A stretch of DNA of 24,386 nucleotides from Polyangiales bacterium (GCA_045106895.1 JBGCFM010000035.1:1-24386), one strand, 5' to 3'; shown: positions 16,254 through 24,386, numbered from the stretch's first letter. Translations and numbers: made by a program. Notes: generated from the sequence alone by a model not told the origin.

Positions 16254-17654
16254 TTATTCTGCGATCATTTGGCCTAGGACGCCTTGCTCAAGGGACTCTT
16301 CCCCAAAGGTCGTGAACGGCCCTCCATCTGCGCCCGTGATGCCGTTGGCGCTGATGAGCGTATTGAGGAACATGTTGTGGGGCTTATCTCCCACGTCGAC
16401 GTATTCCCCTTGTTTTAGGTATCCACCGCCGCTTCCCGCGACGACCCAAGGCATATTGTCCAAGGAATGTGGGGGACCTTTGGAGAGGTCGTTCATCCAC
16501 ACCGCGACGCAGTCGTGAAGGAGCGTTTCCCCGCTGGGGCCCGCATACATCGAGACGCGGTCGAGGAAGTGTTTGAACATTCGCGCATGAATGCGGTCGA
16601 TTTCGTGGTGGAGGCGATCGGCGCCCGGAATGGGCGGACCGTTGCTCCCGTCATCGTCGATGCGGTGAGAGATACGGTGGTAGGTGTTTTGCTGGATCCC
16701 GTCGACGTAGTAGCGGGTGCTGTCGTTGCCGGCGCCCATTTGCAGTACGGCGGAGCGGTTCTGGTCACACGAGAAGGCGAGGGCCGTGAGGTCCATCATC
16801 ATGTGCATGATGTTGACCCGTTCATCGTTGGCGTTGAGATTGCCCCGGACGCTTTCCATCGCGGCAACCTCCGCAGGGTCGAGTTCGCACGTCATTTGGA
16901 CCTCGACGTCTCGGATGAAATCGAAGTGGTTCTGGAGACGTTGACGGTCCGCGGCGCCGAGCTGAGGTGAGCCCATCAGCTCGCTCATCTCTTCGCGCAC
17001 CAGGTCGTTGACGCTCCGTCGCCGAAGGGCGATTTGCTCGGCAAACTCATCGCCGCCGCCGTCTCCAAAGAGGCTGGCATAGACCGCGGCTGGGTTGTTT
17101 TGCACAGGACGGAGTTGGTCGGAGCCACTGTAGGACGGGTTGCCGGAGACGTAGTTACCTTCGACTGGGCCCGCGGCGAGGTTCAGAGGCTCGACGCCTT
17201 CAGCGTTGCAGTAGCGACCGATGAGCCAATCGACGGACTCACCGCCGCCGCGCGCGTGACGGTCACCGACGAGCCACTGGCGTGCCGTCAGGAGCTGAGC
17301 GAGGCCGCGCGCATGGCCACAAGACCCGCCGCCAAAAGGCATGCGAGTCCCGGCGACGATGAGCAGCTGGTCTGCGTAGTCGGCGAGCTCACTGACGGCA
17401 CGGCCCGCGTCCCGACCCATCATGATTTCGCGCGTGAGGGCGCCGGTCTCACTGGGCCAGAAACGGTCGGGTTCACTCCCGCTCGCCTGCTGGACCCCGT
17501 TCCCCTGCTTGAAGAACATGGTGTAGGTCCCTGAGCCCGTGTCCGCCTTGGCCACGGAGCTGGGACGCTCAAAAGCAACACTTTCGAGGAATGGGAGCGC
17601 GACGCTGGCGCCGGCGATACCGGCGAGGAAGCGCCGTCGTCGTAGCTTCTTCAT
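16254..17654 (-). CDS. DUF1552 (HXXSHH-family) protein with Tat-like signal
   Basis: N-terminal RRRRFL...G..VALPFLES, D.QRL..H...IR.VE, ALAF.CD.NR, YHRISH, and H....P...AG.GG..K.G. The start overlaps the upstream stop (ATGA, 17651-17654). Confidence 0.85.
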   Translation of the reverse strand: MKKLRRRRFLAGIAGASVALPFLESVAFERPSSVAKADTGSGTYTMFFKQGNGVQQASGSEPDRFWPSETGALTREIMMGRDAGRAVSELADYADQLLIVAGTRMPFGGGSCGHARGLAQLLTARQWLVGDRHARGGGESVDWLIGRYCNAEGVEPLNLAAGPVEGNYVSGNPSYSGSDQLRPVQNNPAAVYASLFGDGGGDEFAEQIALRRRSVNDLVREEMSELMGSPQLGAADRQRLQNHFDFIRDVEVQMTCELDPAEVAAMESVRGNLNANDERVNIMHMMMDLTALAFSCDQNRSAVLQMGAGNDSTRYYVDGIQQNTYHRISHRIDDDGSNGPPIPGADRLHHEIDRIHARMFKHFLDRVSMYAGPSGETLLHDCVAVWMNDLSKGPPHSLDNMPWVVAGSGGGYLKQGEYVDVGDKPHNMFLNTLISANGITGADGGPFTTFGEESLEQGVLGQMIAE

Positions 17655-19369
17655 GGGCTCTCCTCCATCTCGGGTTCCTCAGTTTCGAGTTCTTCGCCAT
17701 GGCGGAGCCGGAAAGTGCGGCTCCTCACCAGTTCTAAGAGCACGTCTCGAATGGACATGTCCTCTAGCGAACCTTGGGTCATTCGGTAGAGGAGGGGGGA
17801 GTCGCCGCCGAACGTTGAACGTCCAAAGACATACTCGAGGAAGTGCGTCGTGTAGCAGGCGTGGGCATCGACGTTCTCCGCCACCGCCTCGCTCAGTTCT
17901 ACGCCGCTGGAGACGGTGGCTTCCATCCCGTCGGCGAAGGTAAAGGTCGTGGTGGTGTCCACGGGGATTCCGTTGTCGAACTCGCGTTCCTCGCCAATGG
18001 CGTCGAAGCCTTCAAGGGCGAAGCCCGGCGGGTTGATCATCTGAAGATGGCAGTTCTGACAGACGCCGACGTGCGTCACGCTCTCAACGCGCTCTCGGTT
18101 GGTGTCACCCTCAAGCATGAGCTCGTCGAGTTCGATGTCTGGAGCAGGCGGAACGTTGCGGCAGAGCACGTTGATGTTGACGAAGAGCCCGCGGTGGATG
18201 GGGTCTGGGTCTCGTTGGGACGATTGGTAGGTCAGGAAGCCCAAGCGAGTGAGGAGACCGGCTCGACTCTCGCCGAGTTCGACCTCTTGGAACTCCTCGC
18301 CGGTGATGCCCTCGATGCCGTAGATGCGCGCGAGGTCTTCGTTGACCCACGCCTTCTTGCTCAGGAGAAAGTCGCGGAAGTTGCCGTTGTTCTCGATGAC
18401 ATCCGTGAGTAGCGCGCGTGTCTCTCGGAGCATGGCGACGCCGAGGCCGGGTCTCCAATTCGGGAAGACGACCTCTTCTTTCACGATGTCGTCCCACGAG
18501 CCCATGTTGAAATGTTCGTCGTGGAAGCCCTGGAACATGTCGAGGGCGCGTGGATCGTCGAACATGCGGGTGGCGTGCGCCGCGAGCTCTTCTTCGTCGA
18601 GCCCATCAGCTGCCGCCGCGAGAAGCGCGTCATCCGGCATGGAGCCCCAAATCAAGTAGCTCAAACGCGACGCTAGTTCGTAGCCATCCAGCTCGATGAG
18701 CTCATCGTCGTCGCCGGGTGCGGGCCGCTGAGAGAGCTCCACCCGATACAGAAAGTAGGGAGACTGAAGCATCGCGCTGAGTACCAAGCGCACACCCGCC
18801 ACGTTCGGCTCCATCGCGGGGAAGTGCGTCGCGCCTTCGTCGTAAAGTTCCGCGAGCCGGCTCACCTGCTCTTCGGTGAGCGGGCGGCGATACACACGAC
18901 GCCCGAAGTCGGCGATGAACCCGTCTCGCGTCGAAGCGTCCGTCGGCGTTGCGGGGAGCCAGTCACGGATGACGTCGTCGCTCGTGACCTGCTCGGCGAC
19001 CTCTTCCGCCGCCTGAAGGTAGTCCAGCCACAGGCCGGCGGTCACAAAGAGGCGGCGGTGGGAGGTCGTAAAGTCGCCGTTGGACGCCGTGTCTGGGTCG
19101 AAGTTGCGCGAGGCGTCGCTGGGGGCGTCCTGGCGAAAAAGGTCGCGAACGGTGTTTGACCATTGAGCGTGGGTCAGTCGCGGAATCCGGGTCGCGAGCG
19201 TCGGTTGCTCGGGGGTGTCCGCGCATTCCTCACCCGTGCAGATTGGGTTGTCGGGGCCCGGTCGCAGGATCGGCGGCAACATGAAGGGTGGGTCGCTGAT
19301 TTCTCCTTCGCAGGCCGTCAGCGACAGCATTGCCAGGGCGACGCAGAAACTCTTGTGGAGCGCGGGCAT
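17651..19369 (-). CDS. DUF1592/DUF1588/DUF1595/DUF1587/DUF1585-domain lipoprotein with c-type heme motif
   Basis: RLT..Q..NTVRDL, FGRRVYRRPLT, L.SPYFLYR.E, YELASRLSY..W.SMPD..L, RAGLL, P.HRG, CQNCH (18047-18061) and GFALE.FDAIG..R. Start reassigned to ATG 19369, giving MPALHKSFCVALAMLSLTAC (lipobox). Confidence 0.88.
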   Translation of the reverse strand: MPALHKSFCVALAMLSLTACEGEISDPPFMLPPILRPGPDNPICTGEECADTPEQPTLATRIPRLTHAQWSNTVRDLFRQDAPSDASRNFDPDTASNGDFTTSHRRLFVTAGLWLDYLQAAEEVAEQVTSDDVIRDWLPATPTDASTRDGFIADFGRRVYRRPLTEEQVSRLAELYDEGATHFPAMEPNVAGVRLVLSAMLQSPYFLYRVELSQRPAPGDDDELIELDGYELASRLSYLIWGSMPDDALLAAAADGLDEEELAAHATRMFDDPRALDMFQGFHDEHFNMGSWDDIVKEEVVFPNWRPGLGVAMLRETRALLTDVIENNGNFRDFLLSKKAWVNEDLARIYGIEGITGEEFQEVELGESRAGLLTRLGFLTYQSSQRDPDPIHRGLFVNINVLCRNVPPAPDIELDELMLEGDTNRERVESVTHVGVCQNCHLQMINPPGFALEGFDAIGEEREFDNGIPVDTTTTFTFADGMEATVSSGVELSEAVAENVDAHACYTTHFLEYVFGRSTFGGDSPLLYRMTQGSLEDMSIRDVLLELVRSRTFRLRHGEELETEEPEMEESP

Positions 19370-19375
19370 GTACGA

Positions 19376-19455
19376 AACTTGCACCAGAACGCGGGTTTCC
19401 TCAATCCGAGTGGGCTGAACCACTCATTGACTGTGCTCTTTTGCCTTGGGAGGGT
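19376..19455. promoter_or_regulatory. Palindromic divergent promoter region between the DUF1592 gene and polA
   Basis: TCAAT(CC)GAGTGG-GCTGAA-CCACTC-ATTGA at 19401-19430. Minus strand: TTGAGG (19399-19404), 17 nt, CAAGTT (19376-19381). Plus strand: TTGACT (19427-19432), with SD-like GGGAGG before the polA ATG. Confidence 0.5.
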
Positions 19456-19462
19456 GCGCGCG

Positions 19463-22153
19463 ATGACGACAGCGGAACTTCCGAAAGAGAACGACCCCAA
19501 CGCTCTGTATGTGGTGGATATCAGCGGCTACATTTACCGGGCGTATCATGCGCTCCCGCCGCTCTCCTCGAGCCACGGCGAGCCGACGCATGCCATTCGT
19601 GGCGTCGCGAGCATGATGATGAAGCTCTTCGGCGAGCGAAAGCCGAGCAAGATCTGCGTCGCCGTCGATGCACGCGGCAAGAGCGTACGCCGTGATCTCT
19701 TCCCGGAGTACAAGGCGAACCGCGCGGAGACTCCGCCGGACCTCGGTCCACAGATCTCACGTGTCATGGAGGTGCTTCGAGCTTGGAATCTACCGCTGCT
19801 GGAGGCGGAGGGATTCGAGGCCGACGACGTCATCGCGACGGTTGTGCGTCAGGCACGAGAGCAGAAGATGAACTGCGTCATCGTGAGCGCAGACAAGGAC
19901 CTCCTGCAGCTCGTCGGCGACGGCGTGGTCATGTACGACACGATGCGTGAGCGCGTCTTCGGCGAAGAGGAGACCGTCGAGAAGTTCGGCGTGCCACCGA
20001 GCCAGGTTCGCGACCTCTTGGCCTTGATGGGCGATGCCTCGGATAACGTACCCGGCGTGCCTTCCGTGGGTATCAAGACCGCCGCGAAGCTGCTCAAGGC
20101 TCACCAGAGCCTCGACGGCATCTATGAAGCCATCGAGAGTGTGAAGGGACGGGTGAAGACCAAGCTCACGGAACACAAAGACCAAGCATACCTTTCCCAG
20201 GATCTGGTCACCCTCCGCGAAGACCTGGACCTCGACATCTCCAAGGAAGACCTGGAGTGGGATGGAGGCGACGGTGAGGCCCTTCGGCGCATCTTCACGG
20301 AGCTCGACTTCAACCGAATGCTCGGGGAACTGGATACGAAACCACCGAGCGAAACCGTCGCACGCGTGGTCACCAGCCGCGCTGAACTCGACGCGCTTGT
20401 GCTCGAGGTTCAGACGGCGGGAGCGATGGCCTTCGAGACCGCTCTCGACGGCGACGACGAGCACACCGCAGGCCTCGTCGGCATCGCGGTCTCCTGCAGC
20501 GCGGGTGTGGCCTCGTACGTGCCCGTCGCTCACCGAACCCTCGACTCTCCCGCGCAGCTCACCCAGGCGGAGGTCTTCGAAGCCATGGGACCGCTCTTCC
20601 GGAACTCGCTCTTGCCGAAGTACTGCGCGGACCTCAAGCGCGAGAACCTGGTTATCACGCGGTGCGGCGACATCCTTCGCGGCGGCGCCTTCGACGTCGG
20701 CATCGGCAGCTACCTCTTCGACCCGGGTCGCCGAAGTCACGGTTTGGCCGTCGTCGCCCGCACGGACCTCGGCATCGAGGTGAACGAGTGGGACTCGGTT
20801 CGTGGCAAAGGCAAGAATCGTCGCGCCCTCGACGAATGTAGCGTCGACGAAACGGCGCCCATCGCCGCCCAGCGTGCTGACTTCGTGTGGCGAATCTTCG
20901 GCGCTCTCGGGCCGCGTATGGAGCGTGAACCTTTCCGCTACCTCCTCCACGAGATGGAGCTCCCTTTGGTCGCGGTCCTCGCGGACATGGAGCGGGAGGG
21001 GGTTCGCGTGGATTCCGCTCTGCTCAAGAGCATGAGCGAGGAGGCGGTCAAAGAAGAAACGCGATTGGAAGCCCGGGCCCATGAGCTCGCGGGGCATGAG
21101 TTCAACGTGGGCTCGCCTCGCCAGCTTGAGACCATTCTCTTCGATGAGCTTGAGCTCCCCGTCATTAAGAAGACGAAGACGGCGCGTTCGACGGACGCTT
21201 CAGTGCTCGAAGAGCTCGCGGTGAAGCACCCGTTGCCGGCTACGATCATCGAACATCGCTCGGTGTCGAAGCTGAGGAGCACTTACCTGGATGCGCTGCC
21301 GTTGGCGGTCAACAAGGAGACCCAGCGTATTCACACACGCTACAACCAGACCGTCGCGGCGACGGGGCGGCTGTCCTCAAGCGACCCCAATCTCCAGAAC
21401 ATTCCGATTCGCACGGAGCTGGGACGTCGCGTGCGACAGGCCTTCATCCCCGCCGAGGGGTGTCGCCTCTTGGCGGCGGACTACTCGCAGATCGAGCTGC
21501 GTGTCTTGGCTCATATTAGCGAAGATGAAGAACTCTTGGACGCTTACCGAACCGGCGCGGATGTTCACGCGCGCACGGCGAGCGCGCTCTTCGATGTGGA
21601 GCTCGACGCGGTGACTCGGGAGCAGCGAGGACAAGGAAAGACCGTCAACTTCGCGGTGATCTATGGGCAGACGCAGTTTGCCCTCGCGCGTAACCTTCGC
21701 GTCGAACGCTCCGAGGCGAAACGCTACATCGAGGCGTTCTTTGAGCGCTACTCTGGCGTCAAAGCCTTCATGGACGCCATCGTCGAAGAAGCCCACGGCA
21801 CCGGTTACGTGACGACGCTCCTTGGGAGACGGCGTGCCCTCAACGATATTCGCTCGCGCAACCGGCACCTTCGTGCGGGCGCCGAACGCATCGCGCGCAA
21901 CACGCCTATTCAGGGCACTGCGGCGGACATCATCAAGCTCGCGATGGTCGCCATTCATGCTCGCCTCCGAAGAGAAGGTCTCAAGGCGCGAATGATCCTT
22001 AGCGTCCACGATGAGCTCGTGTTCGAGGTGCCTAAAGCGGAGTCCGACGTGGTGGAGGCTTTGGTCCGCGAGGAAATGGAAGGAGCCATGGAGCTCCGAG
22101 TGCCTCTCGTCGCGGATTGCGGCTTCGGAGACAACTGGGGCGCAGCCCACTAG
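19463..22153 (+). CDS. polA: DNA polymerase I (5'-3' exonuclease and polymerase; 3'-5' exonuclease motifs degenerate)
   Basis: 5'-3' exo motifs YRAYHALP, YKANR, EADDVIAT, SADKDL and GD.SDN.PGV. Polymerase motifs TGRLSSSDPNLQNIP, DYSQIELR, K.VNF..IYG, N.PIQGTAADIIK and VHDELVFE. Start reassigned to ATG 19463. Confidence 0.97.
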   Translation: MTTAELPKENDPNALYVVDISGYIYRAYHALPPLSSSHGEPTHAIRGVASMMMKLFGERKPSKICVAVDARGKSVRRDLFPEYKANRAETPPDLGPQISRVMEVLRAWNLPLLEAEGFEADDVIATVVRQAREQKMNCVIVSADKDLLQLVGDGVVMYDTMRERVFGEEETVEKFGVPPSQVRDLLALMGDASDNVPGVPSVGIKTAAKLLKAHQSLDGIYEAIESVKGRVKTKLTEHKDQAYLSQDLVTLREDLDLDISKEDLEWDGGDGEALRRIFTELDFNRMLGELDTKPPSETVARVVTSRAELDALVLEVQTAGAMAFETALDGDDEHTAGLVGIAVSCSAGVASYVPVAHRTLDSPAQLTQAEVFEAMGPLFRNSLLPKYCADLKRENLVITRCGDILRGGAFDVGIGSYLFDPGRRSHGLAVVARTDLGIEVNEWDSVRGKGKNRRALDECSVDETAPIAAQRADFVWRIFGALGPRMEREPFRYLLHEMELPLVAVLADMEREGVRVDSALLKSMSEEAVKEETRLEARAHELAGHEFNVGSPRQLETILFDELELPVIKKTKTARSTDASVLEELAVKHPLPATIIEHRSVSKLRSTYLDALPLAVNKETQRIHTRYNQTVAATGRLSSSDPNLQNIPIRTELGRRVRQAFIPAEGCRLLAADYSQIELRVLAHISEDEELLDAYRTGADVHARTASALFDVELDAVTREQRGQGKTVNFAVIYGQTQFALARNLRVERSEAKRYIEAFFERYSGVKAFMDAIVEEAHGTGYVTTLLGRRRALNDIRSRNRHLRAGAERIARNTPIQGTAADIIKLAMVAIHARLRREGLKARMILSVHDELVFEVPKAESDVVEALVREEMEGAMELRVPLVADCGFGDNWGAAH

Positions 22154-22195
22154 AGACCAGACCGCCAGAGCGAGCCGTCGGCCGTGGGCCGCAGC

Positions 22196-23410
22196 TCACT
22201 CCGCTGCGATAGGTTCTTCGTAGGCTTCGGCGGCCGGGGCGAGAGCGGGCTCGCCGAGGGGAATGAGCTGCGTGTTCTTGCCAAAGCGAAGACGTCGACC
22301 ACGCCACACGACGGTGCGAGAGAACACGGCGGTTAGCCACAGCGGTAGAAGGAGAAGGTCCTTCAGCGGTGTGAGGAACAGGTAACGTCCCGCCATCGGT
22401 CGTCGCGTGAGGCGCAGAAGGAGCTGATCGGAGAGCATCTTCAGCGGCACCACGGCGAGCGCCAGAACCGAAACCCCCGAATCGAAACCGGAGACGAGGA
22501 CCGCCAAAAGGGCGAGGGCGATGGGGTTTGTAGCGAGGTCCGCGACGAAGCCCGGAAGGTGAAGCGTGGCCCGCATCTTCAGCCAGCGGCCGTGGCGTTC
22601 CAAAAAGCGCTCCATGCCGCAGTCGCGGTTGATGTTGGCCACCGGGGTGGGCGAGAGGAGAACGCGTTTGCCCGCGTTCTTGTAGCGCTCCCCAAGAACA
22701 AAGTCCTCGCAGAGCACGTCCTTCACGCTCGCCAGCCCGCCAAATTCCTCTTCGAGCTCGCTCTTGTAGAAGAGCATCGACTTGCCACAGACGCAGGTGA
22801 TGTCCGCGACGCGGAGGGCGGTGCAAGTGGCGGGGCCAATAAAAGCGCTGAGCTGGAGGTTCTCCAGGGCTGCTCCGAGCCGCTCTTCGCCGACGCCGAC
22901 GACGACGCTGGACAGCATGGACGCGTCCGAGGCCAAAAGCTCCGCGACAATTTTCTGGAGGTAGTCAGGCGGAACACGTGTATTGGCATCCGACTGATGA
23001 ACCAGGTCGTAGCGAACCGCGGCGAGTGCACCGGCGAGGTTGGCGACCTTCGGGTTCAGTCCAAAGTGTTCGTCGGTCAGAACAAAGCGCGTCGGGACGG
23101 CGGGGTACTCGCGGGCGAGCCGACGGGCCAACTCGAGGGCAGGGTCATGTTCATCGGATGCACAGAAGACAATCTCAAACGCTTCCGAATACTCCTGGTC
23201 GAAGAATGAGCGGAGATTCTTCTCGAGGTCATCCTCCAGGCCCTTCAGAGGCTTGAGGAGGGACACCGGAACCACGTGAGCAGCACGGGCCGGGGTGGAA
23301 CGAAGGTGTTTCCAGGTCGCCCATACAGAGAGCCCCGCGAGTACGAGACCCACGGCCGCCACCACCAGAATGGCGTAGGCGCTTCCGAGGAATAGGGAGA
23401 GGGCGAACAT
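22196..23410 (-). CDS. Glycosyltransferase family 21/2 (ceramide glucosyltransferase/HpnI-like)
   Basis: N-terminal TM, VSLLKPLKG, NL.SFF.Q.Y, NPKVANL, SDAN, LCEDF, R..RW, C-terminal TMs and V.WRGR. Confidence 0.85.
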   Translation of the reverse strand: MFALSLFLGSAYAILVVAAVGLVLAGLSVWATWKHLRSTPARAAHVVPVSLLKPLKGLEDDLEKNLRSFFDQEYSEAFEIVFCASDEHDPALELARRLAREYPAVPTRFVLTDEHFGLNPKVANLAGALAAVRYDLVHQSDANTRVPPDYLQKIVAELLASDASMLSSVVVGVGEERLGAALENLQLSAFIGPATCTALRVADITCVCGKSMLFYKSELEEEFGGLASVKDVLCEDFVLGERYKNAGKRVLLSPTPVANINRDCGMERFLERHGRWLKMRATLHLPGFVADLATNPIALALLAVLVSGFDSGVSVLALAVVPLKMLSDQLLLRLTRRPMAGRYLFLTPLKDLLLLPLWLTAVFSRTVVWRGRRLRFGKNTQLIPLGEPALAPAAEAYEEPIAAE

Positions 23411-23468
23411 GCGCGGCGACTATGGACCGCACTTCTAGCTTTGCGCAAACCAACGCCGATTCAGGTGT

Positions 23469-24137
23469 TCAGTGGGCGGTGCCGTTACAGCCGCCCATGC
23501 ACTGTCTGTGGTGCGAAACGCAGGCGTTCATGCAGCCGCCGGAGCGACCATGGCAGCGCTCTGCACACCGGTACCACGCAGGGTTACAGGCTGTTCCACA
23601 AGGGCTGTCCACCACCCCAGGAGGCCCAGGAACGGGCGCTTCGTCCGGCGGCGCCACCGTTCGAACAGAAAAATGCCGCCCAGGAGGCGCTCCTTCGTCC
23701 TGACGAAACACGTTTGGATCGGCGATCGCTCGATCGTCTTGTTCGCTGCTTTCGCCTTCTGAGGCCGTTTCAGGGGGCTCCGTGTCGGCGGCGCCCGCTT
23801 CGGGGACAGCGTTTGGTGAGGCGACATCTTCCTGCGAAGAGCGAAGTTCGTGGCCAGGATCCACTTGGTCCGGAAGCGGCGGGACCTCTTCGCCGTGCGC
23901 CAAGGCGATGCGGCGTTCCTGCGCGTAGCTGATTCGTTCGAGGGGCTGACCGATGGTGTAGTGCTCCAACCACGCGACCCAGCATTCACGGCGTTCGTCC
24001 AAGGTCCGTGAAGGGTTGAGCTCTGCGGCCTGACAGCGCTCGTAGTAGGTCGCGCTTTGCTGGACCATGCGCGGGCTCGCTCCACATGCGAGGAGGGCGA
24101 CGCTCAGGATGAGCAATGGAGGTTTCCGAAGCCGCAT
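23469..24137 (-). CDS. Hypothetical lipoprotein with C-terminal (CX3CX6)4 cysteine array
   Basis: MRLRKPPLLILSVALLAC-G lipobox, a helical N-domain with 2 Cys, an acidic Pro-rich linker, and 8 regularly spaced C-terminal Cys. Confidence 0.78.
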   Translation of the reverse strand: MRLRKPPLLILSVALLACGASPRMVQQSATYYERCQAAELNPSRTLDERRECWVAWLEHYTIGQPLERISYAQERRIALAHGEEVPPLPDQVDPGHELRSSQEDVASPNAVPEAGAADTEPPETASEGESSEQDDRAIADPNVFRQDEGAPPGRHFSVRTVAPPDEAPVPGPPGVVDSPCGTACNPAWYRCAERCHGRSGGCMNACVSHHRQCMGGCNGTAH

Positions 24138-24222
24138 GAACCCAGACGGTAGCGCACCTGCGCTCGTGCCGCCCAGGGGATAAACCTGATTCCCGCGGCC
24201 CGTTACGTGCTAATTTGCCGGC

Positions 24223-24386
24223 GTGCGGAACAAACCACTCGCGACCCACCAGGCGCCACTGACGCTGAAACGACTTGGGAAGCTCTGGTTGGCATGGAAT
24301 GAAAAGGGTCTTGTGTCTCTTCGCTTCGGCGACGCCGACGACTCTATGCTCGAAGATGTTCGCCTGCGGAAGCACGCACCGGCTGA
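24223..24386 (+). CDS. 5' part of a probable methylated-DNA-protein-cysteine methyltransferase (Ogt-like); runs off the window
   Basis: Absent from the ORF track. Manual translation from GTG 24223 gives MRNKPLATHQAPLTLKRLGKLWLAWNEKGLVSLRFGDADD..., open to the window end. G.L.LA....GL..L.F resembles the Ogt N-terminal domain. Preceded by TGcTAATTT. The diagnostic PCHR motif is not within the window. Confidence 0.5.
   Translation, partial: MRNKPLATHQAPLTLKRLGKLWLAWNEKGLVSLRFGDADDSMLEDVRLRKHAPA

Noticed and set aside
19163..19462. 100-aa N-terminal extension of PolA
   Set aside because: It overlaps the opposite-strand DUF1592 gene, and PolA homology begins just after ATG 19463.
19790..22150. 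Long antisense ORFs inside polA (19790-21097, 21377-22150) and similar ones inside other genes
   Set aside because: Typical high-GC antisense open frames caused by codon bias, with no domain motifs.
22154..22195. Intrinsic terminators at convergent gene ends (also 7728-7763, 9449-9462 and 13094-13102)
   Set aside because: No convincing stem plus U-tract was found.
23986..24375. Minus-strand 129-aa ORF
   Set aside because: It overlaps the lipoprotein gene and the more plausible plus-strand Ogt-like start at 24223, and has no motif.

Overview
High-GC, densely coding bacterial chromosome segment. The gene content points to Myxococcota, probably Polyangia/Sandaracinaceae-like; this is an inference from the DUF1592/DUF1552 pair, the Cys-rich lipoproteins and the FHA-GGDEF protein. 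There are about 18 CDSs. Left to right: a truncated membrane-anchored coiled-coil protein with a Gln/Gly tandem repeat, moeA, an MltD-type lytic transglycosylase with LysM domains, an SMI1/KNR4(SUKH)-TPR protein, a Cys-rich beta-propeller-like lipoprotein, an FHA-GGDEF diguanylate cyclase, a deoxynucleoside kinase, a CPBP intramembrane protease, a REC-GAF-HD-GYP phosphodiesterase, a GT-C-like membrane glycosyltransferase, a CBM9-like lipoprotein, ffh, a DUF1552 + DUF1592-family (CxxCH) pair, polA, a GT21 (ceramide glucosyltransferase/HpnI-like) enzyme, a (CX3CX6)4 lipoprotein, and the start of a probable Ogt. I saw no rRNA, tRNA, CRISPR array or mobile element, and no self-evident new system. 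The best leads are: (i) an orphan moeA overlapping mltD by 4 nt and followed by a membrane coiled-coil gene, possibly a gephyrin-like (Glp) cell-envelope module; (ii) -10-like hexamers 5-8 nt upstream of most operon-first start codons, suggesting widespread leaderless mRNAs; (iii) a c-di-GMP make/break cluster interleaved with surface sorting and glycosylation genes; (iv) the uncharacterised DUF1592/DUF1552 pair sharing a palindromic divergent promoter with polA. All family calls come from motif recognition by eye, not from database searches.
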